A stretch of DNA of 64,000 nucleotides from Blastocatellia bacterium (GTDB lineage: Bacteria > Acidobacteriota > Blastocatellia > RBC074), in assembly GCA_043736395.1 (NCBI GenBank), contig JAYTCQ010000174.1:4886-68885 (forward strand), given 5' to 3'. Of the stretch, positions 55,405-64,000 are shown piece by piece. The notes beneath the pieces are model-generated. The model worked only from the letters and a program-made list of their open reading frames with translations. It was not told where the DNA came from and searched no databases. Position 1 is the stretch's first letter, and every line of letters begins with the position of its first letter. A program made the translations under genes and the position numbers.

Positions 55405-56646
55405 TTAATGAGCAAGCTGTTTTTGTTGCGCGATTTGTTTGCGAATTAAAAGCTCGGCCATTTCGGGAACGACTTCCCAGGCAACATCCTGAATCGCCTT
55501 TGCAGAAAGCTTTTGGATCACCCGATTGACGATGTCTTCGACTAAAGATTCAGGTATCTGCATTGCGCTTTCATTAAAACTGACCGGCGTTGAAGCCATC
55601 GGCATTTCTAAAGGCGCTGACTCTGACTCAGGAATGGTTTCTGAAATCGTTTCCAGAACTGGTTCTGAAACTGTTTCAATTGGCGTCGTCATGGGCATGA
55701 GTGTTCCCAGACCAACATCCATACTCAGATTCATATCCTGAATCGCGGAAGTGTCCATTAAAGTTGTTCCTTCTGGAACAATAACTTCCGGCTCAGAATG
55801 CATTGTTGATAATAATAAATCATCTGAACCACTTGTTGGCACCGGAGAACTCATCGAAGCCAGTGCTGGAGCCGGCTGGATTGATGGCATTGTCAAAGGA
55901 GTATACTCAGATAAATCCAGCACATCCTCTTCAGCCAAAGTCTCTGGCGTGGCGGCCATCATCGAAGCGACCGTGGTGGGCAAAGTTGTCAGTGGCGGAC
56001 TCCAGGGAGCTGAACTTACTTCGGGTAAATCCAGAGTACGTAACAAATCAGCTCCTGAAAAGTCACCCGACACTGATAACGCAGAAGGCAGCTCTGGTTC
56101 CATCGCGTATGACATCGCAGGAACCGGAGGAGCTACTAAGCCCGCATTCATTTCTGCCATCTCTGCCATAGAAGATGAGGGCTGTCCCGCTGATTCAGTT
56201 GGAACTGTCGATTCTGAGTTGACAGATTCATTTATTTGCGATGACGCAGACGATGACGCATCGGCTGGAATTTGTGGTCGCGCCAGAAGTTCCTGAACAG
56301 TTGTCACGAGGGTTCGAATAGATTGAAATGGTTTGGTCAGCTGATGATCAGCACATACTTTTTTAGCACGCTCCGGATCGAATGGCTCGAAAGCATGCAC
56401 CAGCAAGATCACTGGGATATTTTTGAATTGAGGGTGAGCCTTAACATATTCACAAACCTCATAGCCATCCTTACCCGGCATGAAAACATCTGCCATGATC
56501 AAATCAGGTTTAATTGCTTCGATTTGTTGAACTGCTTGTTCGCCATTTCCAAACGCAATTACTTCAATACCTTCTTCAGTCAAACTCAATTTGACGATTT
56601 TTTGAACTGTAATACTGTCATCAGCCAGCAGGACTTTGTATCCCAT
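55405..56646 (-). CDS. CheY-like receiver domain protein with long Ser/Pro/Met-rich low-complexity linker and small C-terminal helical domain
   Basis: Receiver: MGYKVLLADDSITVQ..PDLIMADVFMPGKDGYEVCEYVK..LTKPF (Asp pocket, phosphoacceptor D in IMADVFMP, conserved K). ~250 aa of low-complexity sequence follow. C-terminal QIPESLVEDIVNRVIQKLSAKAIQDVAWEVVPEMAELLIRKQIAQ. Confidence 0.7.
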   Translation of the reverse strand: MGYKVLLADDSITVQKIVKLSLTEEGIEVIAFGNGEQAVQQIEAIKPDLIMADVFMPGKDGYEVCEYVKAHPQFKNIPVILLVHAFEPFDPERAKKVCADHQLTKPFQSIRTLVTTVQELLARPQIPADASSSASSQINESVNSESTVPTESAGQPSSSMAEMAEMNAGLVAPPVPAMSYAMEPELPSALSVSGDFSGADLLRTLDLPEVSSAPWSPPLTTLPTTVASMMAATPETLAEEDVLDLSEYTPLTMPSIQPAPALASMSSPVPTSGSDDLLLSTMHSEPEVIVPEGTTLMDTSAIQDMNLSMDVGLGTLMPMTTPIETVSEPVLETISETIPESESAPLEMPMASTPVSFNESAMQIPESLVEDIVNRVIQKLSAKAIQDVAWEVVPEMAELLIRKQIAQQKQLAH

Positions 56647-57462
56647 AGATTCTTCCTCACGGAAATGTGCTTTTAGTCAACACAATTATTTTGCAGTTAT
56701 CAAGACTTCTCAGCACTCACGCATGTCTTAGCGCAATGAAATTCATTGCATCTTTTAAATTATAGTTAAGGGTTGTTTTAATACTTTGATCGGAACCTAT
56801 CACTTGAAAGTAGAACTCAAGGGGCGGCGGGCAACTGAAAAGTACCATTAACCTGATGAAGAGACAATAAAAAAATAGAATAATAGTTTTTTCATAAATG
56901 CTTGCTCTACTTTTATTAAAGAAATTCTTCAGCTCTCAAGGCAATAAATTTGAAAAAATCCGCCAAATTTATTTAATTCTAATAAACTGTAAAAATTTTG
57001 GATAATTTTAAAGTTGACGCAGTGCTAAAATGTGATCTATTATTATTTTGATAACTAATAGTCATCCTCACATATCCGGCAACACCCATGATGACTTTTA
57101 TCAAGTAAGTGTCCAGGTCAGTTTTTGTCCTGTCCAGCATCCCCAATTCCTTTTCAGCGTGCCCAGTAACGAATAGCATCTGTTTTATATTACACTCGCG
57201 CCTAACAATTTGGTTTTCCGTTTCAATATTGAATCTAAGTGACCAATCAAGATGTCGTTAGATCATCTGAATTGAGAATTTGCCTTTATTAGCAATTTCT
57301 ATTTTCCATCACTGGGTTTAGCAGCTCTCCAAGTTGCTGAATAGTTGCCTTTACTTTAATAATTTCTGAGCGACGGTTAGGAGTCAAAGCTTTACAGTTT
57401 TGATTTAAGCTCCTAATTTTCGAGTGCTCCGCTCGAGGGTTACGAACCAAAACACACACATC

Positions 57463-57487
57463 CTCAGGTAATTCCTGAGAGAGGGGA
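57463..57487 (+). promoter_or_regulatory. conserved leader hairpin abutting the RBS of tandem paralogue 1
   Basis: ctcagg-taatt-cctgag (6-bp stem, 5-nt loop) followed directly by agagggga (SD-like). The 29-nt block catcctcaggtaaYtcctgagagagggga is repeated almost exactly upstream of paralogue 2 at 58787-58815. Confidence 0.4.
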
Positions 57488-57493
57488 ATGAAC

Positions 57494-58582
57494 ATGCACA
57501 CCTCACACAAATTCACACACATTCTTTTGACACTATTCGTGCTCATCGTAAGCGTTACCGCATCGATGGCACAGGCTACCCCAAGTATTCCCAGCGATAT
57601 GAAACAAGGCTCAATGCTGTTTTACAACGCTTACACTTCAACTGTTGGTGATGCTGCGCAAAATACGCGGATCAATATCACGAATACGAATCCTACTAAA
57701 TCCGTTAACGTCCATTTTTTCTTTGTCCGAAGTAGTGATTGCACTATTGCAGATACTTATGTCTGCTTGACGGCTAGTCAGACTTTTTCCTTCCTGGCTT
57801 CGGAATATGATCCTGGCGAGTCCGGCTTCATCTTTGCCGTTGCGACCGATGATGCTGGCTGCCCTATTAATTTTAATTATTTGATAGGTGACTTGTATGC
57901 AAAGAGCTTCTTTGGAACATCCACTTATTTTCAGGCCAATTTAGGTGCCGTCGCCTTTGCCGCACAAAATATTTGGGATGGAGCAAATTATGTCGCCTGG
58001 GCTCCTGGAACACGAGCATTGCTTTTCAATAACGACATGCTTTGCGCTATTGCTTTTGGTCTCTACCACGACCTGACGAATCCAACCATTTGTCACGCCT
58101 TATACGATAAAGTTCCTTCCCAAATGGCAGTTGACAACATCCAGAGCGAAGCTGATGGAAATAATACTTTGCTGATCTTGCACTCAATGCAGGGTAAACC
58201 TGAACAGGCTGGTGCTATTGGCATTATTCTGGGACAAGTCTTCGATGATAATGAAAAGGGATACAGCTTCCAGACAACTTCGGTAGGCTGCTTCTGGGCC
58301 AGACTTATTAACAGATCATTTATTCGTATTCCACTGGGAATTGACAAAGTCATCTCTAAAGGTCGCACCGGATGGATGTATTTCCAATCACCTAATGGCG
58401 GCACCACTGGCGTCCCTGACCTGGGCTTACTTGGAGCCACAATTGTCAGTAACAACAGACCTGATGGCTTCAATGGTGGTCATAACCTTCACATGACACG
58501 ATTTAAAGATAATCGTGGTTTCGCTATCCCGGTCTTCCCGAGCGGTGTAGCGTGTGCTGGTATCGCTCCTGTTGGAGACTAA
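57494..58582 (+). CDS. secreted hypothetical protein, tandem paralogue 1 (shares a ~300-aa uncharacterised domain with the FG-GAP protein C-terminus)
   Basis: Start placed at the second ATG (MHTSHKFTH, spacing to the SD ~6 nt; the ORF track starts at 57488). Signal peptide ..ILLTLFVLIVSVTASMAQA. About 70% identical to 58825..59922. Shared motifs with the FG-GAP protein: SDxKxGSxL, TRxxITN, CLT, SFxASxYDP, AVAxDxxGxPI, NxGAxAF, KGxxGxxxF, AIPVF. Confidence 0.8.
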   Translation: MHTSHKFTHILLTLFVLIVSVTASMAQATPSIPSDMKQGSMLFYNAYTSTVGDAAQNTRINITNTNPTKSVNVHFFFVRSSDCTIADTYVCLTASQTFSFLASEYDPGESGFIFAVATDDAGCPINFNYLIGDLYAKSFFGTSTYFQANLGAVAFAAQNIWDGANYVAWAPGTRALLFNNDMLCAIAFGLYHDLTNPTICHALYDKVPSQMAVDNIQSEADGNNTLLILHSMQGKPEQAGAIGIILGQVFDDNEKGYSFQTTSVGCFWARLINRSFIRIPLGIDKVISKGRTGWMYFQSPNGGTTGVPDLGLLGATIVSNNRPDGFNGGHNLHMTRFKDNRGFAIPVFPSGVACAGIAPVGD

Positions 58583-58618
58583 GTGATTCTTTTTTAAAAT
58601 CTTTATTTACTTAAAGAT

Positions 58619-58659
58619 AACCGGAAGCAGAGATTCTCTGTTTCCGGTTTTTTATTTTT
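58619..58659 (+). terminator. rho-independent terminator after paralogue 1
   Basis: aaccggaagcagag-att-ctctgtttccggtt (14-bp stem, one mismatch) followed by ttttttattttt. Confidence 0.7.
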
Positions 58660-58790
58660 CTCCCATCTTTTCTGAAATCCCTCCTCAATTAGCAGTCTCT
58701 ATAGTCCGTCACTGGAGTCTAAGAATGAACCGACCCGAAAGCTCAGGTCTGGGTTGTCTCAAAGGCTTACCATTAAGACCAAATTACATC

Positions 58791-58815
58791 CTCAGGTAAC
58801 TCCTGAGAGAGGGGA
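58791..58815 (+). promoter_or_regulatory. conserved leader hairpin abutting the RBS of tandem paralogue 2
   Basis: ctcagg-taact-cctgag then agagggga. It is identical to the element at 57463-57487 except for one loop base. ATG at 58825. Confidence 0.4.
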
Positions 58816-58824
58816 TTTTTCACC

Positions 58825-59922
58825 ATGACCTCACACAAATTCACACACATTTTCTTAACGCTGTTGGCCCTAATTATTTGCGCGACAGCTTCGATGGCAC
58901 AAGGACCTATAGAACCTGGAGTCGCCAGTGACCAGAAACAGGGATCACTTTTGTTCTATAATACCTATACCTCAACAATTGGTGACGCTTCGCAAAACAC
59001 GCGAATCAACATCACGAATACTCATCACACATCTTCGGTTAACGTTCATCTATTCTTTGTCCGAAGCATTGATTGCACCATTGCAGACACTTATGTCTGT
59101 CTGACAGCAAATCAAACCTTTTCCTTCCTGGCTTCTGAGTATGATCCCGGCGAAACGGGTTTCATCTTCGGAGTCGCCACAGATGACAATGGCTCACCAA
59201 TCAACTTCAATTATTTGATTGGCGATTTATATGTGAAGAGCTACTTCGGAACGCCTAACTATTTCCAAGCCAATTTAGGCGCAGAAGCTTTTGCCGCTCA
59301 AAACAAATGGACTGGTACGGCGTATGCAAAATGGAACGAATACACTGCGGCTCCGCTCTTCGGAAATGACATGCTGTGCGCTATCGCATTTGGCCTTTAT
59401 CACGATACCAGCAGCCCCGCAGCGGAATTGACCCCACACGCTTTATACGACCGTGTGCCTGTCACTTTGGCCGTTGATAACATTCAAAGCGAAGCCGATG
59501 GTAATGCTACCTTGTTGATCCTGCACTCAATGCAAGGTAGAACTGACCGAGCTGGTGTTATTGGCAGTATTGCTGGTCAGGTCTTTGATGATGTGGAAAG
59601 AGGATACAGCTTCCAATCTTCAAATCTCAGTTGCTATTCAGCAAGATTGATCAATCGGGCTTCTGTTCGTGTCCCAACGGGAATTGACAAAGTTATTTCA
59701 AAAGGAAAAACCGGATGGATGTACTTCACTTCCCCAACCAACGGACAAGGATTATCTGAACTTGGATTGCTCGGCGCCAGCATTGTCAGCAATGGCAGAA
59801 ATGATGCAGCAGCATTCAACGGTGGACATAATCTTCATCAGATTCGTGTCAAAGACAATCGCGGTTTCGCTATCCCAGTCTTTCCGAGTGGCGTGGCTTG
59901 CGCTCCTTCGATGACTTGGTAA
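58825..59922 (+). CDS. secreted hypothetical protein, tandem paralogue 2
   Basis: MTSHKFTHIFLTLLALIICATASMAQG signal peptide. Collinear with paralogue 1 along its whole length (e.g. VNVHLFFVRSIDCTIADTYVCLTANQTFSFLASEYDPGETGFIFGVATDDNGSPINFNYLIGDLY). Confidence 0.8.
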   Translation: MTSHKFTHIFLTLLALIICATASMAQGPIEPGVASDQKQGSLLFYNTYTSTIGDASQNTRINITNTHHTSSVNVHLFFVRSIDCTIADTYVCLTANQTFSFLASEYDPGETGFIFGVATDDNGSPINFNYLIGDLYVKSYFGTPNYFQANLGAEAFAAQNKWTGTAYAKWNEYTAAPLFGNDMLCAIAFGLYHDTSSPAAELTPHALYDRVPVTLAVDNIQSEADGNATLLILHSMQGRTDRAGVIGSIAGQVFDDVERGYSFQSSNLSCYSARLINRASVRVPTGIDKVISKGKTGWMYFTSPTNGQGLSELGLLGASIVSNGRNDAAAFNGGHNLHQIRVKDNRGFAIPVFPSGVACAPSMTW

Positions 59923-59950
59923 GTTAAAAAGTCCTTTGGATAAAACTAAA

Positions 59951-59990
59951 GACCAGAAGTTGTTAAATCAACTTCTGGTCTTTTTCTTTT
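59951..59990 (+). terminator. rho-independent terminator after paralogue 2
   Basis: gaccagaagttg-ttaaat-caacttctggtc (perfect 12-bp stem) followed by tttttctttt. Confidence 0.75.
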
Positions 59991-60063
59991 CTGAACTCGA
60001 CTTTATCAGCCGATTCGGTAGAATGAGCATCTATTTTCAAACTGATTTTTGGAGGGACTCACG

Positions 60064-62520
60064 ATGCAGGATTTTGAAATTCTTGGACAATTCTATCTCG
60101 GCAAAAAATACGATTTAAAAAAACAGGCTTCTTCAGACGACCTGATTCTTTATGATTCAAAAGACATGGTCACGCATGCCGTTTGCGTAGGCATGACAGG
60201 CAGTGGCAAAACAGGTCTTTGTCTCAGCCTGCTCGAAGAAGCGGCGATGGATTCCGTTCCGGTAATTGCGATTGATCCTAAAGGTGATCTGGCAAATTTG
60301 CTGTTAACTTTTCCTGATCTTGCACCTGGCGATTTTGAGCCGTGGATCAACGAAGATGATGCCCGTCGCAAAGGCGTCAGCCCTTCAGAATTTGCCACTC
60401 AACAATCGGAGCTTTGGAAAAATGGGCTGGCGAAATGGGGACAGGATGGCGAGCGAATTCGTAAGCTGAGAGAAACTGCTGAATTTGCGATTTATACGCC
60501 AGGCAGCAGTGCCGGGATTCAGCTTTCGATTATGAAATCGTTCACTGTGCCACCTCCGGAAATCATGGAAGACGGCGAATTGCTACGTGAACGCATCAGC
60601 ACTACAGTCACGAGCCTACTCGGTTTGCTCGGTATCGAAGCCGATCCCATTCGCAGCCGTGAACATATTCTGCTTTCAACGATCATTAATACCTGCTGGC
60701 AAAATGGTAAAGACCTTGATCTCGCAGCACTGATTCAGCAAATTCAGCAACCGCCATTCAATAAAATTGGCGTGATGGATATTGAATCTTTTTATCCAGG
60801 CAAAGAACGTTTTGAGCTGGCGATGTCCATTAACAATTTATTGGCTTCGCCTGGCTTCAGTTCGTGGATGGAAGGCGAACCTCTTGACATCAATAACCTC
60901 CTTTACACATCAACTGGTAAACCGAAAATTTCGATTATCTCCATCGCTCATCTGAACGACGCCGAACGAATGTTTATGGTGTCTTTGCTACTCAATCAGG
61001 TCTTGGGTTGGATGCGACAACAATCAGGAACTACCAGTTTACGTGCGATGCTGTACATGGATGAAATCTTCGGATACTTCCCGCCTGTTGCTAATCCACC
61101 TTCAAAACAACCATTGCTGACCTTGCTGAAACAGGCGCGCGCTTTTGGTTTGGGAATTATGCTCGCCACGCAAAACCCGGTAGATTTGGATTATAAAGGC
61201 TTGGGCAATACAGGAACCTGGTTCATTGGACGGCTGCAAACGGAACGTGATAAGGCGCGTGTTTTGGAAGGTCTCGAAGGCGCATCGGCCAGCGCCGGAA
61301 TGGAGTTTGATCGCGGTGCGATGGAAGAAATCCTGGCCGGCTTGGGCAATCGAATTTTCCTGATGAATAACGTTCACAACGACGCGCCTGTGGTTTTCGA
61401 GACGCGCTGGGCGATGTCGTATTTACGTGGCCCACTCACCCGCAATCAAATCAAACAGCTCACCGATCCGATCAGAGATCAATTGCAAGGCGTGCCGATG
61501 GTTGCGGCTAAAGCGGCGCCAACTTCTGGAACGAAAAAAGCCGCGACTTCCAGTGCAAGTACAGGTGCGCGTCCATTGTTAGCTTCGGATGTCACACAAT
61601 ATTTTTTACCTGTCAGATCAAATGCGCCGGATGAAGGTTGTACGTTAGTTTATTCGCCGATGGTGATTGGCGCGACTGATATTCATTTCGTAGATTCAAA
61701 AACAGAAATAGATCATTCGCAAGTCGCTGTTTTTCTTGCTTCAATTACTGACAACACTATTCCGGTTGACTGGTCGGATGCGAATGAAATCAGTATTGAT
61801 CCAAATGATTTAGAAACAGAACCAAACGATGCCGGACAATTTGCCGAAGTCCCTTCAGTTGCGGGCAAAGGGAAAAGCTTTGAAAAATGGGGCAAAGACT
61901 TAACTGATTTTATTTATCGCAATCGCACCATTGATTTGTTATACAGCGAATATCACGAAGTTTTTTCCACGCCTGACGAGTCTGAACGCGATTTCCGGGT
62001 ACGATTAAATCAACTCGTACGCGAAACCCGGGACGGCGAAGTCGAAAATCTCAGACAAAAGTATGCAACGAAAATTGCGGCTTTAGAGGAGCGCATGCGC
62101 CGCGCTCAAATGGCTGTTGAGAAAGAAGCACAAGAAGCGCAATCTGCAAAAATGCAGGGATTTCTTTCCATCGGAGCTTCTTTGCTCGGCGCATTCATGG
62201 GCAACAAAATGGTTAGCTCAACAAATATTCGCCGTGGAGCTAGTGCCATCAGCAGCATGTCCCGAGCTTCTAAACAATCAGGAGATGTTGGAAGAGCTGA
62301 AGAAACTGTCGAAGCAATTGGCGCCCAAATTCAGGAATTAGAAGCGCAGTTCCAAGCCGAAACCGACGCCTTGAAATCGCAAAGCGACCCAACGACCGAG
62401 CGCCTCGAGACGATTTCCGCTAAACCCAAAAAGAAAGACATTGCCTTAAAAGTTGTCGCTTTAGCCTGGGATCCTCAGTGGCAAGACGAACGCGGCGACC
62501 TAACTCCTGCCTGGGAATAA
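60064..62520 (+). CDS. HerA/FtsK-like P-loop NTPase (DUF853/YjgR-like) with ~300-aa C-terminal coiled-coil extension
   Basis: Start at the ATG 7 nt after the GGAGGGA RBS; the ORF track starts at an upstream TTG. Walker A GMTGSGKTG. Walker B-like LYMDEIFGYFPP. AIDPKGDL and the rest are collinear with HerA-like DUF853 ATPases (~500 aa). The C-terminal part is a long charged coiled coil (RLNQLVRETRDGEVENLRQKYATKIAALEERMRRAQMAVEKEAQEAQ..). Confidence 0.55.
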   Translation: MQDFEILGQFYLGKKYDLKKQASSDDLILYDSKDMVTHAVCVGMTGSGKTGLCLSLLEEAAMDSVPVIAIDPKGDLANLLLTFPDLAPGDFEPWINEDDARRKGVSPSEFATQQSELWKNGLAKWGQDGERIRKLRETAEFAIYTPGSSAGIQLSIMKSFTVPPPEIMEDGELLRERISTTVTSLLGLLGIEADPIRSREHILLSTIINTCWQNGKDLDLAALIQQIQQPPFNKIGVMDIESFYPGKERFELAMSINNLLASPGFSSWMEGEPLDINNLLYTSTGKPKISIISIAHLNDAERMFMVSLLLNQVLGWMRQQSGTTSLRAMLYMDEIFGYFPPVANPPSKQPLLTLLKQARAFGLGIMLATQNPVDLDYKGLGNTGTWFIGRLQTERDKARVLEGLEGASASAGMEFDRGAMEEILAGLGNRIFLMNNVHNDAPVVFETRWAMSYLRGPLTRNQIKQLTDPIRDQLQGVPMVAAKAAPTSGTKKAATSSASTGARPLLASDVTQYFLPVRSNAPDEGCTLVYSPMVIGATDIHFVDSKTEIDHSQVAVFLASITDNTIPVDWSDANEISIDPNDLETEPNDAGQFAEVPSVAGKGKSFEKWGKDLTDFIYRNRTIDLLYSEYHEVFSTPDESERDFRVRLNQLVRETRDGEVENLRQKYATKIAALEERMRRAQMAVEKEAQEAQSAKMQGFLSIGASLLGAFMGNKMVSSTNIRRGASAISSMSRASKQSGDVGRAEETVEAIGAQIQELEAQFQAETDALKSQSDPTTERLETISAKPKKKDIALKVVALAWDPQWQDERGDLTPAWE

Positions 62521-62696
62521 TTATTACTGAGCAAGCGCGGCGCTATGTTATAGTTACTGCGCTTGCTTGGTCTGTTTGAGCAAGTTTACGATTACAATTT
62601 CCTACCGCGCTATTTTTTAATTCCATCATGACAATGCCTCGTCTAACCTTCGTCACTTGTGAAATCCACAAGCGATATTTTCCGGAAAGGAATAAA

Positions 62697-63518
62697 ATGC
62701 GTTTTTTGATGATTCCATGTTTTATTTTGCTGACTGTGATTTCCTTTACAGGTTGCGTAACAAACACCACTGAAGGCGCAGTTCAGGTTCAAGTTGTGCG
62801 CGGACAAATTAATCGAATCATCAAACCTTCAGATGGTTGGGTTGGAACATTAACTACTGTTGGCGATCAATATTACGACATTGATTTACGTTCGTTTACT
62901 GAAAATGTTGACGTTGGAGCAAGTACCAAAGATAACGCCGCACTCAAAATTAGCATTGCCGTGACAGCTCATGTCATTTCTGAAGATGACAGCATCAAAG
63001 CCTATGTGCGTAAATTCGGGTTGGAGCAAAAAGAGCGTCACGACCGAAGAAATGCGATTTTAATGGGACACGTGAACACCGAAACAAAAAATGCAGTGGC
63101 AGGTTTTGATGCATACAGCTTATTAGCGAATCAGGAAGCCATCCAAAAAAGTATCACGAATTCACTAAGCTCTATCTTCAAACAACAATTATTACTCGAA
63201 TTGGAATCAGTACAAATTATTGGACGACCGGATTTTGTGGATGATCGCATTGAGCTGGCTGCCAGTTCTGTCGTCGCCAATCAAAAGGCTAAAGAAGCTG
63301 CCGAAGCTGATTTGGCTCGCGCGAAGGTCGAGGCAGAAAAGAAACAAGTTGAAGCACTAACTTTCAATAATCCAGCTTTATTACAAATCAAATTACTGGA
63401 AATGCGCCTGGACATCGAACGCGCCAGAGCCGAGGGCATTGCCAGACATCAAGGGCCGCTGACCATTGTCAATGGTGCGACCGATACTCAAATTCAATTG
63501 CGAGCCAGCGAAAAATGA
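62697..63518 (+). CDS. SPFH (band-7/stomatin/prohibitin-like) domain lipoprotein
   Basis: Start placed at MRFLMIPCFILLTVISFTGC (signal peptide plus lipobox FTGC, RBS aagga upstream). SPFH hallmarks: VQVVRGQ..R and the TKDN motif (ASTKDNAALKISIAVTAHV). C-terminal coiled coil (AEADLARAKVEAEKKQVEAL). Confidence 0.55.
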   Translation: MRFLMIPCFILLTVISFTGCVTNTTEGAVQVQVVRGQINRIIKPSDGWVGTLTTVGDQYYDIDLRSFTENVDVGASTKDNAALKISIAVTAHVISEDDSIKAYVRKFGLEQKERHDRRNAILMGHVNTETKNAVAGFDAYSLLANQEAIQKSITNSLSSIFKQQLLLELESVQIIGRPDFVDDRIELAASSVVANQKAKEAAEADLARAKVEAEKKQVEALTFNNPALLQIKLLEMRLDIERARAEGIARHQGPLTIVNGATDTQIQLRASEK

Positions 63519-63712
63519 TTAAGCTTTTTTTGTTAATTATTGTTGGGCTATTATTATTAGCATCGCCTGTTTTGATCGTCGTTGGATTGCGCTACTGGCG
63601 AAAGCGAAGCGCGGCGCAGGCACGTCAAGAGATAGAAGCAGAAATAGAATGGGTAGAACGTGTTCTACAAAAAAAAGCTGACGCAGTTCCATTTGAAGAT
63701 AAAAATTCCTGA
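63515..63712 (+). CDS. small single-pass membrane protein, translationally coupled to the SPFH gene (ATGA overlap)
   Basis: 65 aa. One TM helix (LFLLIIVGLLLLASPVLIVVGL) followed by the charged tail RYWRKRSAAQARQEIEAEIEW. Its start codon overlaps the SPFH stop. Confidence 0.4.
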   Translation: MIKLFLLIIVGLLLLASPVLIVVGLRYWRKRSAAQARQEIEAEIEWVERVLQKKADAVPFEDKNS

Positions 63713-63734
63713 GATTGTTTACAAAAAAATTATT

Positions 63735-64000
63735 ATGACACATCGAATAACTTTAATTCCTGGCGACGGTATTGGCACTGAAATTACGGCGGCAGTTGTC
63801 CGCATTATCGAAGCCGCTGGCGTAGACATTCACTGGGACAGCTTTGTCGCAGGCGCAGAAGCGCTGTCCCGTTACGGCGATCCCTTGCCGCAACCGGTAC
63901 TTGATTCCATCCGACAAAATCGGGTGGCGTTGAAAGGCCCACTAACAACTCCGGTCGGCACCGGCTTTGCCAGTGTCAATGTACGCTTGCGCAAGACGCT
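63735..64000 (+). CDS. isocitrate / 3-isopropylmalate dehydrogenase family protein, 5' portion (continues beyond the window)
   Basis: The N-terminus ITLIPGDGIGTEI..VLDSIRQNRVALKGPLTTP matches the beta-decarboxylating dehydrogenase family (IDH/IMDH). The substrate (isocitrate vs isopropylmalate) cannot be assigned from 88 aa. Confidence 0.7.
   Translation, partial: MTHRITLIPGDGIGTEITAAVVRIIEAAGVDIHWDSFVAGAEALSRYGDPLPQPVLDSIRQNRVALKGPLTTPVGTGFASVNVRLRKT

Noticed and set aside
55751-56296. 181-aa and 122-aa plus-strand ORFs opposite the response-regulator low-complexity region
   Set aside because: They are shadow ORFs of a Ser/Pro-rich coding stretch.
57289-57546. 85-aa minus-strand ORF across the paralogue-1 start
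   Set aside because: It overlaps the conserved leader/RBS and the signal-peptide coding region of a well-supported gene. It has no RBS of its own.

Overview
This 64-kb window has moderate GC, estimated by eye at about 48-50%. It comes from a diderm-type bacterium that uses sigma-54 and has RodZ, a TonB-C domain protein and Wzx/Wzy polysaccharide machinery. The taxon cannot be fixed from sequence alone; Acidobacteria-like is plausible. No rRNA, tRNA, CRISPR array, transposase or integrase was found.

Left third (1-15 kb): the 3' part of a large FG-GAP/DUF11 surface protein, plus housekeeping-type genes. These are a BNR/Asp-box propeller, a TonB-C protein, an HD hydrolase, an M20 peptidase, rnc, a GNAT-like protein, a RodZ-like protein and guaB.

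Centre (14.9-45.9 kb): a ~31-kb run of genes all on the minus strand. Three NRPS genes (A-T-C-A-T-COM, COM-C-A-T-TE and a stand-alone A-T-TE) and an Sfp-type PPTase whose start overlaps the NRPS stop are embedded in a Wzx/Wzy-type exopolysaccharide locus. The locus has two GT4 glycosyltransferases, a flippase, a Wzy/O-antigen-ligase-like protein, a priming sugar transferase, two PCP/Wzz paralogues, a degenerate BY-kinase-like protein and a giant GSDH-PKD-PA14 secreted protein. PAP2 phosphatase, NHL-propeller and LamG-metallophosphoesterase genes sit between the NRPS genes. The starter A domain lacks the conserved Asp235. All four A domains carry low-complexity loops encoded by short tandem DNA repeats. 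A perfectly palindromic sigma-54 -24/-12 element and a TPR-GAF-sigma54-HTH activator gene lie immediately upstream.

Right third: an S8 peptidase, a Wza-like exporter, valS, a CheY-type response regulator, and two tandem paralogous secreted proteins. The paralogues share a ~300-aa uncharacterised domain with the C-terminus of the FG-GAP protein, and each is preceded by a near-identical hairpin+RBS leader and followed by a strong terminator. Then come a HerA/DUF853-like ATPase with a coiled-coil extension, an SPFH lipoprotein coupled to a tiny membrane protein, and the 5' end of an isocitrate/isopropylmalate dehydrogenase family gene.
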